Shown one piece after another: positions 1-9,064 of a DNA stretch of 64,000 nt. The number at the start of each line of letters is the position of its first letter. The stretch's first letter is position 1. Source of the stretch: Candidatus Hydrogenedentota bacterium (GTDB lineage Bacteria; Hydrogenedentota; Hydrogenedentia; Hydrogenedentales; SLHB01); contig JARKSN010000288.1 of the NCBI GenBank assembly GCA_029974275.1, forward strand, positions 32,001 through 96,000. Reading direction: 5' to 3'. The position numbers and the translations under genes were made by a program. The notes under the pieces were generated by a model, which ran no database searches, had not been told where the DNA came from, and saw only the letters and a list, made by a program, of their open reading frames with translations.

Positions 1-1018
1 CCAAGGCAAAACGACTTCCGCCGGCAAACTGGCGGCACATTTGAAGAAAAAGGGGCATCGTCCCTTGCTGGTTGGCGCAGATGTCTACCGCCCGGCAGCC
101 ATCAAGCAGCTGGAAGTGGTGGCGCAGCAGGCGGGCGTCGAGATGTTCAGCCTGGGCGAAAAGGCCGACCCGGTGGACACGTGCGTGATGGCGCGCGGCG
201 AGGCGCAGATGCGCAATTGCGACGTCATCCTCCTGGACACGGCGGGCCGGTTGCACGTCGACGAACAGATGATGGGCGAAGTCCGGCGCATCCACGCGAC
301 GGTGTCGCCGCATGAAATCCTGTTCGTGGCGAACGCGATGACCGGTCAGGACGCGGTGAACTCGGCCAAGCAGTTCCATGCCGCCTTGCCGTTGTCGGGC
401 GTGATTTTGACGCAGATGGACGGCGATGCGCGCGGCGGCGCGGCGATTAGTCTAATCTCCGTGACGGGCTGCCCGATCAAGTTTGTCGGCACGGGCGAGA
501 AACTGGACGCGCTCGACGCGTTCCACCCGCGCCGGATGGCCGACCAGATTCTCGGCATGGGCGACATCGTGTCGTTGGTCGAGAAGGCCCAGGAAGTCGT
601 CGACAAGGAAAAGGCCATCAAGTTCCAGGAAAAGGCCCGCAAGGCCTCGTGGGACTTGGAGGACTTCCTCGATCAGATGCAACAGGTTCGCAAGATGGGG
701 TCGTTTGGCGACCTGATGAAGAAAATACCGGGCATGAACAAATTGATGGGCCCGGACATGGATTTTGACGAAGACGAATTGAAATACACCGAGGCGATCA
801 TTCGCTCGATGACGATCAAGGAGCGCCGAAATCCGAACATTCTGAACGGAAGCCGCCGACGCCGCATCGCCGAAGGCAGCGGCACGGACGTGCCGAGCGT
901 GAATCGCCTGCTCAAGGATTTCGAGCAGAGCAAAAAGATGATTCAGCAAATGATGAAGGGTTCCAAAGGAAAAGGCATGAAAATGCGCGGCCCGATGCCG
1001 CCGTTCATGGGAAGATAG
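1..1018 (+). CDS. ffh: Signal recognition particle protein Ffh (5'-truncated by window edge)
   Basis: GKTT at window start, DVYRPAA, DTAGR, DGDARGG, GMGD and a Met-rich M domain with SRRRRIA; followed by rpsP. Confidence 0.98.
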   Translation, partial: QGKTTSAGKLAAHLKKKGHRPLLVGADVYRPAAIKQLEVVAQQAGVEMFSLGEKADPVDTCVMARGEAQMRNCDVILLDTAGRLHVDEQMMGEVRRIHATVSPHEILFVANAMTGQDAVNSAKQFHAALPLSGVILTQMDGDARGGAAISLISVTGCPIKFVGTGEKLDALDAFHPRRMADQILGMGDIVSLVEKAQEVVDKEKAIKFQEKARKASWDLEDFLDQMQQVRKMGSFGDLMKKIPGMNKLMGPDMDFDEDELKYTEAIIRSMTIKERRNPNILNGSRRRRIAEGSGTDVPSVNRLLKDFEQSKKMIQQMMKGSKGKGMKMRGPMPPFMGR

Positions 1019-1031
1019 GCATTGAAGGTTT

Positions 1032-1105
1032 TGTAGCGCCCGGTCACTGCGCCGGGCGGCATGTGCGAAAGCGTGAAGACGCCCGGGCAGAGACCGGGCG
1101 CTACA
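1032..1105. repeat. Inverted pair of GTAG-type REP-like palindromes
   Basis: TGTAGCGCCCGGTCACTGCGCCGGGCG ... CGCCCGGGCAGAGACCGGGCGCTACA; the two arms are near reverse complements and each contains a GCCCGG..CCGGGC hairpin. Confidence 0.7.
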
Positions 1106-1145
1106 TGTGCGAATGAGTGAGACGTTTCGCGAAGAGAGGAGACCC

Positions 1146-1436
1146 ATGGCAACAGTAATTCGTCTGAAGCGGGGCGGTCGGTCGCATGCGCCCTACTACC
1201 GCGTAGTCGTAATGGACTCGCGCAACCGCACGCGGGGCCGCGTCATCGACGAGATCGGCGTGTACCAACCCTGCGCCGCCCCAGAGCCCCTGGTCGAAAT
1301 CGACTCGGACAAGGCCCTGGGCTGGTTGTCGAAAGGCGCGCGCCTGTCGGACACGGTCCGCAGCGTGTTGTCGCAAAAAGGCATTCTGGCGCAGCATGCA
1401 CAGCGCGCCGTGAGCGCCGCGACGCCGGAAGCGTAA
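1146..1436 (+). CDS. rpsP: 30S ribosomal protein S16
   Basis: MATVIRLKRGGRSHAPYYRVVVMDSR..R.G...E.G.Y.P; GAGGAG RBS before ATG 1146. Confidence 0.97.
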   Translation: MATVIRLKRGGRSHAPYYRVVVMDSRNRTRGRVIDEIGVYQPCAAPEPLVEIDSDKALGWLSKGARLSDTVRSVLSQKGILAQHAQRAVSAATPEA

Positions 1437-1437
1437 C

Positions 1438-1668
1438 GTGAAAGACCTGGTGGAATTGATCGCGAAGAAGCTGGTGGAGCATCCCGAGGACGTGCAGATC
1501 CGCATCATCGACGGCGAAGAAGGTCAATGCCTCGAACTGCGCGTGAACCCCGAGGACATGGGCCGGGTGATTGGCCGGAATGGCCGCACCGCGAAGGCCC
1601 TGCGGACCGTGGTGGGATCGGCGGCCATCAAGACGGACGCCCGGGTATCCCTCCAGATCGTCGAATAA
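1438..1668 (+). CDS. khpA: KH-domain RNA-binding protein (KhpA/YlqC family)
   Basis: DMGRVIGRNGRTAKALRT GxxG KH motif; conserved position between rpsP and rimM. Confidence 0.93.
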   Translation: MKDLVELIAKKLVEHPEDVQIRIIDGEEGQCLELRVNPEDMGRVIGRNGRTAKALRTVVGSAAIKTDARVSLQIVE

Positions 1669-1680
1669 CGGCTGCGGCGC

Positions 1681-2202
1681 ATGTCCGGTGCATGGGTGGC
1701 TATCGGGCGCGTGCGCACGGTGCGTCCCGGCCATCGGCAATTGCGGATCGAACCGTTGCCGGGGCTTGAGACCCAGTTCGCGGCGATCAGGCAGATCGGG
1801 TTTCGGCGAGGCGGCCAGGAGCCGGCGCTCCACGGCGTAGTCACAGTTGAAGTGCAAACGAGGTACGCGGTGGTCACGCTCGGATCGGGCGTGTCGGCGG
1901 ACGCCGTGGCGGCGTTGCGCGGCGCGGACGTTGTCATCGCGCAGGCCGATATGAAGGCGCCCGAGGCTGCACTGCCGCCGGCGCCCGCGATGCAGGATTT
2001 CGACGTGATGGATGTCTCGGGAAAACGGCTGGGCCGCGTGACGGCCACGTATTTTTCCCGAGGCAACAGCGTGATCGAGATAGAAGAAGACGGCGGCGGC
2101 ACGGCGCTGCTGCCGGTGTCGAGGACGACGATCGAGAGGGTCGATATGGAACGCGGCGCGGTGATCGTGTTCGACATGGACCCTTTCCGTCAGGAGGCGT
2201 GA
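1681..2202 (+). CDS. rimM: Ribosome maturation factor RimM (divergent)
   Basis: Position between khpA and trmD; 173 aa; PRC-barrel-like C-terminus (V.D.SGKRLGRV...N.VIEI...LLP...IERVD). Confidence 0.8.
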   Translation: MSGAWVAIGRVRTVRPGHRQLRIEPLPGLETQFAAIRQIGFRRGGQEPALHGVVTVEVQTRYAVVTLGSGVSADAVAALRGADVVIAQADMKAPEAALPPAPAMQDFDVMDVSGKRLGRVTATYFSRGNSVIEIEEDGGGTALLPVSRTTIERVDMERGAVIVFDMDPFRQEA

Positions 2203-2223
2203 CAGCCCCGAGGGCGGACGGAT

Positions 2224-2967
2224 ATGAGAATAGATGTCCTGACGCTTTTTCCGGAGTTGTTCGAGAAGCCGCTGTCGGTGAGTCTGCTGGGCAACGCCAT
2301 GGCCCAGGGCGTTCTCGATGTGGCGGTGACGCAGATTCGGGATTTTACGAAGGACCGGCATCGCACCGTGGACGACGCGCCCTTCGGCGGCGGCGCGGGC
2401 ATGGTGATGAAATGCGAGCCGCTGTTCGAGGCGGTCGAGAGCCTGCGCGGGCGCAACTCGCTGGAACGGGTGATTTTGATGTCGCCGCGCGGACGCCGGC
2501 TCGACCAGACAATCGTGCGCGAGCTGGCGCAAGCGCCGGACCTCGTGCTCGTCTGCGCGCGGTATGAAGGCGTCGACGAGCGCGTCAGCCAGGCGCTGTG
2601 CACGGACGAGCTATCGATCGGCGATTACGTGCTGAGCGGCGGCGAGCTGCCCGCGTTGGTGTTGATTGAGGCCCTCAGCCGGATGATCCCCGGCGTCGTG
2701 GGCAAGTGGGAGTCCGTCGAAACGGATTCGTTTTACGACGGTATCCTGGGTCCGCCGCAGTACACGCGGCCGGCCGAGTTTCGTGGCGTGGAAGTGCCGG
2801 AGGTCTTGCGCAACGGCAACCACGCCGAGATAGCGCGCTGGCGACGGCGTGAGGCCCTGCGCGCCACGCGCGCGCGCCGGCCGGATTTGTTGGCGAAGGT
2901 GAGGGAAAGCGACCGGAAACTACTCGAAGCGATCGAGCGAGACGAAAAGGCCGTGAAGGGAGAATAA
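2224..2967 (+). CDS. trmD: tRNA (guanine37-N1)-methyltransferase
   Basis: MRIDVLTLFPE, VDDAPFGGGAGM, RYEGVDER, SIGDYVLSGGE, PQYTRP. Confidence 0.98.
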   Translation: MRIDVLTLFPELFEKPLSVSLLGNAMAQGVLDVAVTQIRDFTKDRHRTVDDAPFGGGAGMVMKCEPLFEAVESLRGRNSLERVILMSPRGRRLDQTIVRELAQAPDLVLVCARYEGVDERVSQALCTDELSIGDYVLSGGELPALVLIEALSRMIPGVVGKWESVETDSFYDGILGPPQYTRPAEFRGVEVPEVLRNGNHAEIARWRRREALRATRARRPDLLAKVRESDRKLLEAIERDEKAVKGE

Positions 2968-2970
2968 GCC

Positions 2971-3348
2971 GTGAACCTACTAGATGAATTCAAACAGTCA
3001 CAGAAGAAGACAGGCGACAAGATTCCGAAGTTCCGGATCGGCGACACCGTCCGCGTCCACTTTCGCATCGTGGAAGGCGAAAAGGAACGCATCCAGGTAT
3101 ACGAAGGCGTCGTGATCGGACGCAAAGGCGACGAAGGCCCGGAAGCGAACTTCACCGTGCGTCGCGTGGCCTTCGGCGAAGGCGTCGAACGCGTGTTTCC
3201 GCTGCACTCGCCGCGCGTCGAGAAGGTGCAAGTCACCCGCGAAGGCAGCGTGCGTCGCGCCAAACTCTACTATCTGCGCGAACGTTCCGGCAAGGCCGCC
3301 CGCGTGAAGGCCAAGGAACGTTCGACGGTAAAAAAAGTGCAGCAGTAA
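2971..3348 (+). CDS. rplS: 50S ribosomal protein L19
   Basis: [42 protein letters not shown]. Confidence 0.98.
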   Translation: MNLLDEFKQSQKKTGDKIPKFRIGDTVRVHFRIVEGEKERIQVYEGVVIGRKGDEGPEANFTVRRVAFGEGVERVFPLHSPRVEKVQVTREGSVRRAKLYYLRERSGKAARVKAKERSTVKKVQQ

Positions 3349-3363
3349 GCTTGAATGTCTATC

Positions 3364-3501
3364 GGGGAAACCTCGTCGAAACGAGGTTTCCCCGAACCCC
3401 TTCCAGAAACGTTTGAGCGTGGCGCATCCTACGCGCGAAGCGCACCCAAAAGTTCTTGGGAGGGATGTGGGGAAGCCCTTCTTGCAGGAAACGTTTCCCC
3501 A
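3364..3501. repeat. Composite palindromic intergenic element (family A, copy 1)
   Basis: Perfect 13-bp hairpin GGGGAAACCTCGT-CGAA-ACGAGGTTTCCCC, then CCCCTTCCAGAAACGTTT ... AAAAGTTCTTGGGAGGG and a second GGGGAA...TTCCCC hairpin; same layout at 29763-29910. Confidence 0.7.
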
Positions 3502-3528
3502 GACCCCTTTATCTCCCTGGAGACCGCT

Positions 3529-4329
3529 ATGCACGCCCTGCCATCTTTGGATTCGCTCCGCGCCATGGCCGCCGCAGGCCCGCCGTATGACAACGGATTC
3601 CTCGCGTCGTTGCAGCGCGATCCCCGGACGTCGGCGCGCGCGTTATATGCACGCTGCGTGCGCCGGGCGACGCGGAACGCCGCACTGGTCGCCCGCGCCG
3701 ACGCCATGATGCAATTCGAGCGCGAGGCCCATGCCGCCGGATTCAAGCGCATTGCGGGCGTCGACGAGGCCGGACGCGGCCCCTTGGCAGGCCCCATCGT
3801 CGGGGCTGCGGTCGTATTGGCGGAACCCGTCCCGGGGCTGAACGACTCGAAGCAGTTGACCTCCGAGCAACGCGAACTGCTCTTCGCCGAGTTGCACGAC
3901 GGTCGACACGCGATCGGCGTGGCCATGCTCGCGCCGGAAATCATCGATCTCCAAGGCATTCAAGCCGCGAACTATTCCTGCATGGCGCAAGCCGCGGCGA
4001 AGATCGATCCGTCGCCGGACTTCCTGCTCGTGGACGGATTCGCCATACCCGGCTGCCGCTGGCCGCACAAGCGCATTGTGAAAGGCGATTGCCTGTCGCA
4101 ATCCATCGCCGCGGCCAGCATCATCGCCAAAGTCATCCGCGATCGCATCATGATCGAACTCGACCGGGCGTATCCGCGCTACGGCTTTGCCCAACACAAA
4201 GGCTACGGCACGCAAGCGCACCTCGACGCGATCAAGACGCACGGCCCCTGTCCGGCGCATCGCAAGAGCTTCGCCCCAGTTGCGGAATGGGCCGAAACCG
4301 GTGTACTGTTTCCTCCTTCCGCCCGATAG
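3529..4329 (+). CDS. rnhB: Ribonuclease HII
   Basis: IAGVDEAGRGPLAGP, LNDSKQL, LVDG, SIAAASIIAKVIRD, HKGYGT, HRKSF; the ORF-track N-terminal extension runs through the repeat and is likely spurious. Confidence 0.97.
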   Translation: MHALPSLDSLRAMAAAGPPYDNGFLASLQRDPRTSARALYARCVRRATRNAALVARADAMMQFEREAHAAGFKRIAGVDEAGRGPLAGPIVGAAVVLAEPVPGLNDSKQLTSEQRELLFAELHDGRHAIGVAMLAPEIIDLQGIQAANYSCMAQAAAKIDPSPDFLLVDGFAIPGCRWPHKRIVKGDCLSQSIAAASIIAKVIRDRIMIELDRAYPRYGFAQHKGYGTQAHLDAIKTHGPCPAHRKSFAPVAEWAETGVLFPPSAR

Positions 4330-4371
4330 AGCGGCGGCAACGCCCAACAGCCGGAACCGGAGCGCCTTCAC

Positions 4372-6198
4372 GTGAACACGATCGTCTGCCATGACCAACG
4401 CCCTCGGGCTGTTGCCCTCCTTGCGCGGCGAAGCGCAAAGGCGTTGCGGCGATCTGCGGCCATCCTTCTATCCGGCGGCCTCTTCCTTCTTCTGGCCGGG
4501 TGCGCCACAACCCATGCGCGGATCGTGGACGACGAGGGCGCGCGCGTCGTCAAGCGCGAAAAAACTGCCACATCCATGGCCGAAGCGATAACGCATTATC
4601 TCGCGGCGACGATCGACAAGCGCAACGGACGTTTCGAAGAGGCCGCCGTCGGCCTGCAAGCCGCCGCCGCCGCCCTGCCCGACAATGCCCCGCTGGCCAT
4701 CGAGCTCGTCCAAGCCTATCTGCGCACCAAGGACCTCGCCCAGGCCCTGCAAGCGTGCGAACGCGCCGTCGTGCTCTCCCCAGACGACGCCAGCCTCTGG
4801 ATCGTCCTGGGGTGGCTGTATCGCAACCAGGACCTCTACGAAAGCGCCGAGGCCTCCTTCCGCAAGGCCATCTCCATCGACAAGCAAAATCCCCTCGGAT
4901 ACGAAGCCCTGGCCATGATTCAGGAAAAGACCAACGACCTCGTTTCCGCCATCGACATATACGAAAGCATGCTCGCCATCTTGCCCCAATCGGCGGCGCT
5001 CCACTATCAGCTAGGCCTCACCTTGGCGCGCATCAACGACACCCGAGGCGCGCGCGCGGCCGTCGAACAAGCGCTCGCATTGGACCCCGGCCTGGACCAG
5101 GCGCGCTTCCTGCTCGGCGTCGTTTGCCTCGATCTCGGCGACAACGGCCTCGCCATCGAACAACTCGCCCGGGTGGTCGAAGCCAATCCCTTTGACATCC
5201 GCGCCCGCCAGAACCTGGCCGCGGCATTCGCGCGGCAAGGGCAACACGACAAGGCCATTCAGCAGTACGACGCCATTTTGGCCTCGCCGGACGCTTCTCC
5301 CAAGGACACCCTCGCCCGGACATACCTCCTGCTGCGCGCAGGCGATTATCAGCAAGTCATGAACATCACCCCGCCCAACGCCGCGCCCTACATGGGCCGA
5401 CTGCTGCAAACGCTCGCGATCAAGTCCAGCGGAGGCGCCTACCGAGACGCCCTGGAATCGCTTGACCAAATCCAAGGCGACCTCGACGCCGAGAGCAAAA
5501 ACTTCCTGAGCGAATTGGCGTCGCTTTTCGGAAAAACGGAAGTGAGCGGCTATTTCATCGAGGCGTTTCAGGCCTTCCGCTCGGAGGGCGTCGTCTCGCG
5601 GACTGTGGACGCCTTGCTCGCGCGCGTTTTGATCACGATCAAGGATTACGCCCAAGCGGAAGCCGTCCTGACCGACGCCCTCGCCCGCCACGGCCAGGAC
5701 AAGCTCCTTCATCTGTACGCCGGGATGGTCTACAACGATCTCGATCGCTTCGACGAAACCGAGGCGCATCTCCGGGCGTGCCTCGCCATCGATCCGAACG
5801 ACGCGGAAGTGATGAACTTTCTCGGCTATCTGTACGCCGATAAAAACCGGAAACTGGACGAGGCCCATGCGCTGTTGAAACGCGCCCTCGAAATCGATCC
5901 CGTCAACGGCTATTTCCTGGACAGCATGGGATGGGTATTCTACCGCCAAGGCAACGCGGACAAAGCCGTCGAGTATATCCGGAAAGCCATCCTCGCCATG
6001 GATTCGGACGACGCGGAGCTGCGCAACCACCTCGGCGACGCCTATCTGCTCCAAGGCGACCTCGAAAAGGCCATCGGAGAATGGCGCCGGGCGCGCCGGC
6101 TCAACCCCGATCTCAAGGGCGTGCAGGAAAAACTCGATCAGCACGCGATCCACGCCCCGTCAAAGCGCGGGGAACTTCCCGGCCCGCCCGCGCCATGA
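4372..6198 (+). CDS. Tetratricopeptide-repeat lipoprotein
   Basis: LLAGC lipobox, many TPR repeats, C-terminal NFLGYLYAD...YFLDSMGWVFY...HLGDAY signature. Confidence 0.85.
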   Translation: MNTIVCHDQRPRAVALLARRSAKALRRSAAILLSGGLFLLLAGCATTHARIVDDEGARVVKREKTATSMAEAITHYLAATIDKRNGRFEEAAVGLQAAAAALPDNAPLAIELVQAYLRTKDLAQALQACERAVVLSPDDASLWIVLGWLYRNQDLYESAEASFRKAISIDKQNPLGYEALAMIQEKTNDLVSAIDIYESMLAILPQSAALHYQLGLTLARINDTRGARAAVEQALALDPGLDQARFLLGVVCLDLGDNGLAIEQLARVVEANPFDIRARQNLAAAFARQGQHDKAIQQYDAILASPDASPKDTLARTYLLLRAGDYQQVMNITPPNAAPYMGRLLQTLAIKSSGGAYRDALESLDQIQGDLDAESKNFLSELASLFGKTEVSGYFIEAFQAFRSEGVVSRTVDALLARVLITIKDYAQAEAVLTDALARHGQDKLLHLYAGMVYNDLDRFDETEAHLRACLAIDPNDAEVMNFLGYLYADKNRKLDEAHALLKRALEIDPVNGYFLDSMGWVFYRQGNADKAVEYIRKAILAMDSDDAELRNHLGDAYLLQGDLEKAIGEWRRARRLNPDLKGVQEKLDQHAIHAPSKRGELPGPPAP

Positions 6199-6256
6199 CC
6201 GCTCTTGTCCGTCGCGACCGCTTTTCCGCCCATCCCGCGACACCTGCGGGGGCCTC

Positions 6257-6823
6257 ATGAGCCTGTTCGCGACGCTGGCCATATCCGTCGGCCTGGCGAT
6301 GGACGCGTTCGCCGTGGCCATCGCTTCAAGCATTGCCATGGGCGACATCACCCGTCGGCAAATATTCCGCTTCGCATTCCATTTCGGCCTGTTTCAGGCC
6401 CTCATGCCGATTTTGGGATGGATGGCCGGACGAACCGTCCATGCATGGATACGCGACTGGGACCATTGGATCGCTTTCGGCCTGCTTTCCTGGGTGGGCC
6501 TCAAGGCGATTCGCGAAGCCCTCAAGGAAGAAACCCACGCCAACGAGGAGCGCGCCGATCCCACCCGCGGCATGAGCCTCGTGATGCTCTCCACCGCCGT
6601 CAGCATCGACGCCCTGGCCGTGGGACTCAGCTTCGCCATGCTCGATGTCCAGATATGGACTCCCTGCATCATCATCGGAATCATCACGGGCGGATTCACC
6701 GTCGTGGGCATGACCATCGGAAGCCGCCTTGGCTCCCGATTCGGCAAACGCATGGAGATCGTCGGCGGCCTTGTGCTGCTTGGAATCGGCGCGCACATCC
6801 TGCTGCAACATCTCCTCGCATAA
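6257..6823 (+). CDS. mntP: Manganese efflux pump MntP
   Basis: GLAMDAFAVAI, FGLFQALMPILGW, AVSIDALAVGLSF; six hydrophobic segments. Confidence 0.93.
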   Translation: MSLFATLAISVGLAMDAFAVAIASSIAMGDITRRQIFRFAFHFGLFQALMPILGWMAGRTVHAWIRDWDHWIAFGLLSWVGLKAIREALKEETHANEERADPTRGMSLVMLSTAVSIDALAVGLSFAMLDVQIWTPCIIIGIITGGFTVVGMTIGSRLGSRFGKRMEIVGGLVLLGIGAHILLQHLLA

Positions 6824-6919
6824 TCCCCCGGAAAAGCGCGCCGGGAAACTGGAAACCCGCTGCGATTTTTGCTAGCATCCTCCCCTTGGACAGCGCAAAA
6901 CAAAGCTGTTCCGCTCTGC

Positions 6920-7009
6920 GGAGAGGTGGCCGAGTGGTTGAAGGCGGCGGCCTCGAAAGCCGTTGTACCGCTTGCGGTACCCGGGGTTCGAATCCCCGCC
7001 TCTCCGCCA
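6920..7009 (+). tRNA. tRNA-Ser(CGA)
   Basis: GGAGAGG acceptor stem, GAGTGGTTGAAG D-loop, GCGGC-CT CGA AA-GCCGT anticodon arm, long variable arm, GGTTCGAATCC, encoded CCA. Confidence 0.97.
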
Positions 7010-7116
7010 TTCCCCCCAACGTTCCGCGAGGCATCGCCCCAACGCGTACGGGCCGTCGTTTCCGGAAGCGCGTGGGCATGGCACAAACGCCCCAAGGGCA
7101 AGGAACCGGCGCCCCC

Positions 7117-9039
7117 ATGAAACAGACCCTTGTCGTTGGAAAACGGGCGGGATCGCCCGAACGTCTGGCCTGTGACGACCTGAAACAAGACCTCGAACGA
7201 GTCACCGGGGCGCCCGTGACCATCCAGTCCGAAGAGGCCGGAATCCCTGACGACGGCATCGCCTATCTCGTGGGAACGCCCGATAGCAGCGACGCCATCG
7301 CGGCCTTGAGCGCTTCGGGGCAGATCGCCGTGACCGCCGCGCACCCCGGGCCGCAAGGGGGCCAAATCGTCCGCGTGGACCGCGCGGGAAAAGGCCCCTT
7401 GATGGTTCTCGCAGGCAGCGACTTTCGCGGCGCGCAGCGAGCGGTCTACGCGTTTTCGCACACCTGCCTGGGCGTAGATCCGTTCCAATACTTTACGGGG
7501 TATGTTCCCCCGCAACAGCCCGACTTCCAGCCGCCCGCCATCGACCGGACACTGCCTCCGCCGTCGGCGCCGATCCTTTGTTATTTCGACAACGACGACG
7601 ACGAACTGGCGAATATGACCCAGCCCTACCTCGAATTCGATCTCGACACCTGGAAGGGGCTCGTCGATTCTCTCGTGCGCATTGGCTACAATGCGATCGA
7701 CATCCACGATCAACTCGGCCGCAGCGAATTTTACCGCTGGGACGATTACAAGCGAATCCGCCCCGACTACCGCTGCGATCTCGACCTCGTCTCGCGCCTG
7801 ATCGACTATGCGCACAGCAAGGGCGTGATGATCCAAATCCCCATGTACCTCGCGTGGGAGTTCAGGCACATCACCGAGGAGCAGGCGAACTGCTGGACGC
7901 ATCACAAGCAGGCGTGGATCGACACGTGGACCTACTACCTGAAAGAAACGCCGCTGGGCAAGGGCGATATCTTCCTCGATCGCCCCCGCAGCCAACTGTG
8001 GGATTCCTACTACAAAAGCAGCATCGGCGAAGACGTGGGCGAGGTCATGACGGAAGCGTTCGCCGCGTTGCGCGACGCGGTCTTGGAACACAATCCGCGC
8101 GCCGTGCTTATTTGCGATCTCTACGCGCACGGTCAAGACCTTTGGCGCGAAGGCCGCTTCGCTCCGCCCCGCGACTACATCATGGCGTGGCCCAATGACG
8201 GTTGGGGCCATTACGCCGATTTCCCGCAAGACCTGCGAGGCTACCGCTTCGGCTGCTACATGCACGCGGGCTTTTGGCTAAACCACGTCGTCCAGGACCC
8301 CTACCCCGCGCGCATCGAGCGCAGCATGCGCGAACTGCTGACGCGCCATCGCGCAAATCATTACGTCCTCGTGAATGGCCAGACCTTCCGCCACTTCTTG
8401 CTCAACCTGGAAGCCTACAGCCGCGCCGTCGCCGATCCCGATCGCTTCGACGGCGAAGCCTTCCACCGGGAATTCATGACGCGCTACTTCGGCGCGAAAG
8501 CCGCGCCCCATGCAGTCGCCGCCTTCGACCAACTTCACGAAGCGAACGGCAAAGGATATGTCAGTCTCATCCACGACGTCATGAGCGATCTCAATGCCTG
8601 CAAAGAGCGCAAGGTCTTCGATTCGCTGGACGCCCTGCGCACAGACCGGGCCGCCTGCGCCGATCGCCTTGCAATGCTTGAATCGGCTCTCGAAAAAGCC
8701 CTTCAGGCCGACGCCGTCGCGGACGACCAAGCCGGTTTTTGCCACGATCACGTCGTGTTGCCAATCCGTTTGTTTGTGCAGACCGTCGCGCTCCGGCTGG
8801 CCTTGCAAGACGCCCTCGTCGCGTGGAACGAAAACGCCCGAGAAGGCCGGCAAGACGGCAAGACGCGCGCCGAGGCCGCCATCGCCCGCGCCAGAGACAT
8901 CCTTGCCGCCCACCTGAAAACCCGCGAGGACGGCGACAAAAACCCGAAATGGAAAACGTGGTATGACCCGGCCAAGCGCCGGCCCAACGGCGGATTTCCC
9001 ACGATGGCCGACCTCGACGGCATCCGTTTCGCCGAATAA
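7117..9039 (+). CDS. Glycoside hydrolase, GH115-like (divergent, no signal peptide)
   Basis: N-terminal L..DL..VTG and LAGSDFRGAQRAVYAFS...LGVDPF pattern typical of GH115/GH67-type N domains; FDNDDDE; WPNDGWG..G.Y.H. Confidence 0.55.
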   Translation: MKQTLVVGKRAGSPERLACDDLKQDLERVTGAPVTIQSEEAGIPDDGIAYLVGTPDSSDAIAALSASGQIAVTAAHPGPQGGQIVRVDRAGKGPLMVLAGSDFRGAQRAVYAFSHTCLGVDPFQYFTGYVPPQQPDFQPPAIDRTLPPPSAPILCYFDNDDDELANMTQPYLEFDLDTWKGLVDSLVRIGYNAIDIHDQLGRSEFYRWDDYKRIRPDYRCDLDLVSRLIDYAHSKGVMIQIPMYLAWEFRHITEEQANCWTHHKQAWIDTWTYYLKETPLGKGDIFLDRPRSQLWDSYYKSSIGEDVGEVMTEAFAALRDAVLEHNPRAVLICDLYAHGQDLWREGRFAPPRDYIMAWPNDGWGHYADFPQDLRGYRFGCYMHAGFWLNHVVQDPYPARIERSMRELLTRHRANHYVLVNGQTFRHFLLNLEAYSRAVADPDRFDGEAFHREFMTRYFGAKAAPHAVAAFDQLHEANGKGYVSLIHDVMSDLNACKERKVFDSLDALRTDRAACADRLAMLESALEKALQADAVADDQAGFCHDHVVLPIRLFVQTVALRLALQDALVAWNENAREGRQDGKTRAEAAIARARDILAAHLKTREDGDKNPKWKTWYDPAKRRPNGGFPTMADLDGIRFAE

Positions 9040-9040
9040 C

Positions 9041-9057
9041 GGGACGCGCCGCGTCCC
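9041..9057. terminator. GC-rich hairpin between convergent genes
   Basis: GGGACGCG-C-CGCGTCCC directly after the stop at 9039 and before the convergent stop at 9065; no U-tract. Confidence 0.35.
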
Positions 9058-9064
9058 GAGCGCG

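Noticed and set aside
6205..7116. N-terminal 304 aa of the 944-aa ORF 6205-9039
   Set aside because: Overlaps mntP out of frame and runs through tRNA-Ser; the real start is ATG 7117
6920..9039. Genomic island integrated at tRNA-Ser
   Set aside because: No integrase next to it, no repeat of the tRNA 3' end seen, no obvious compositional shift
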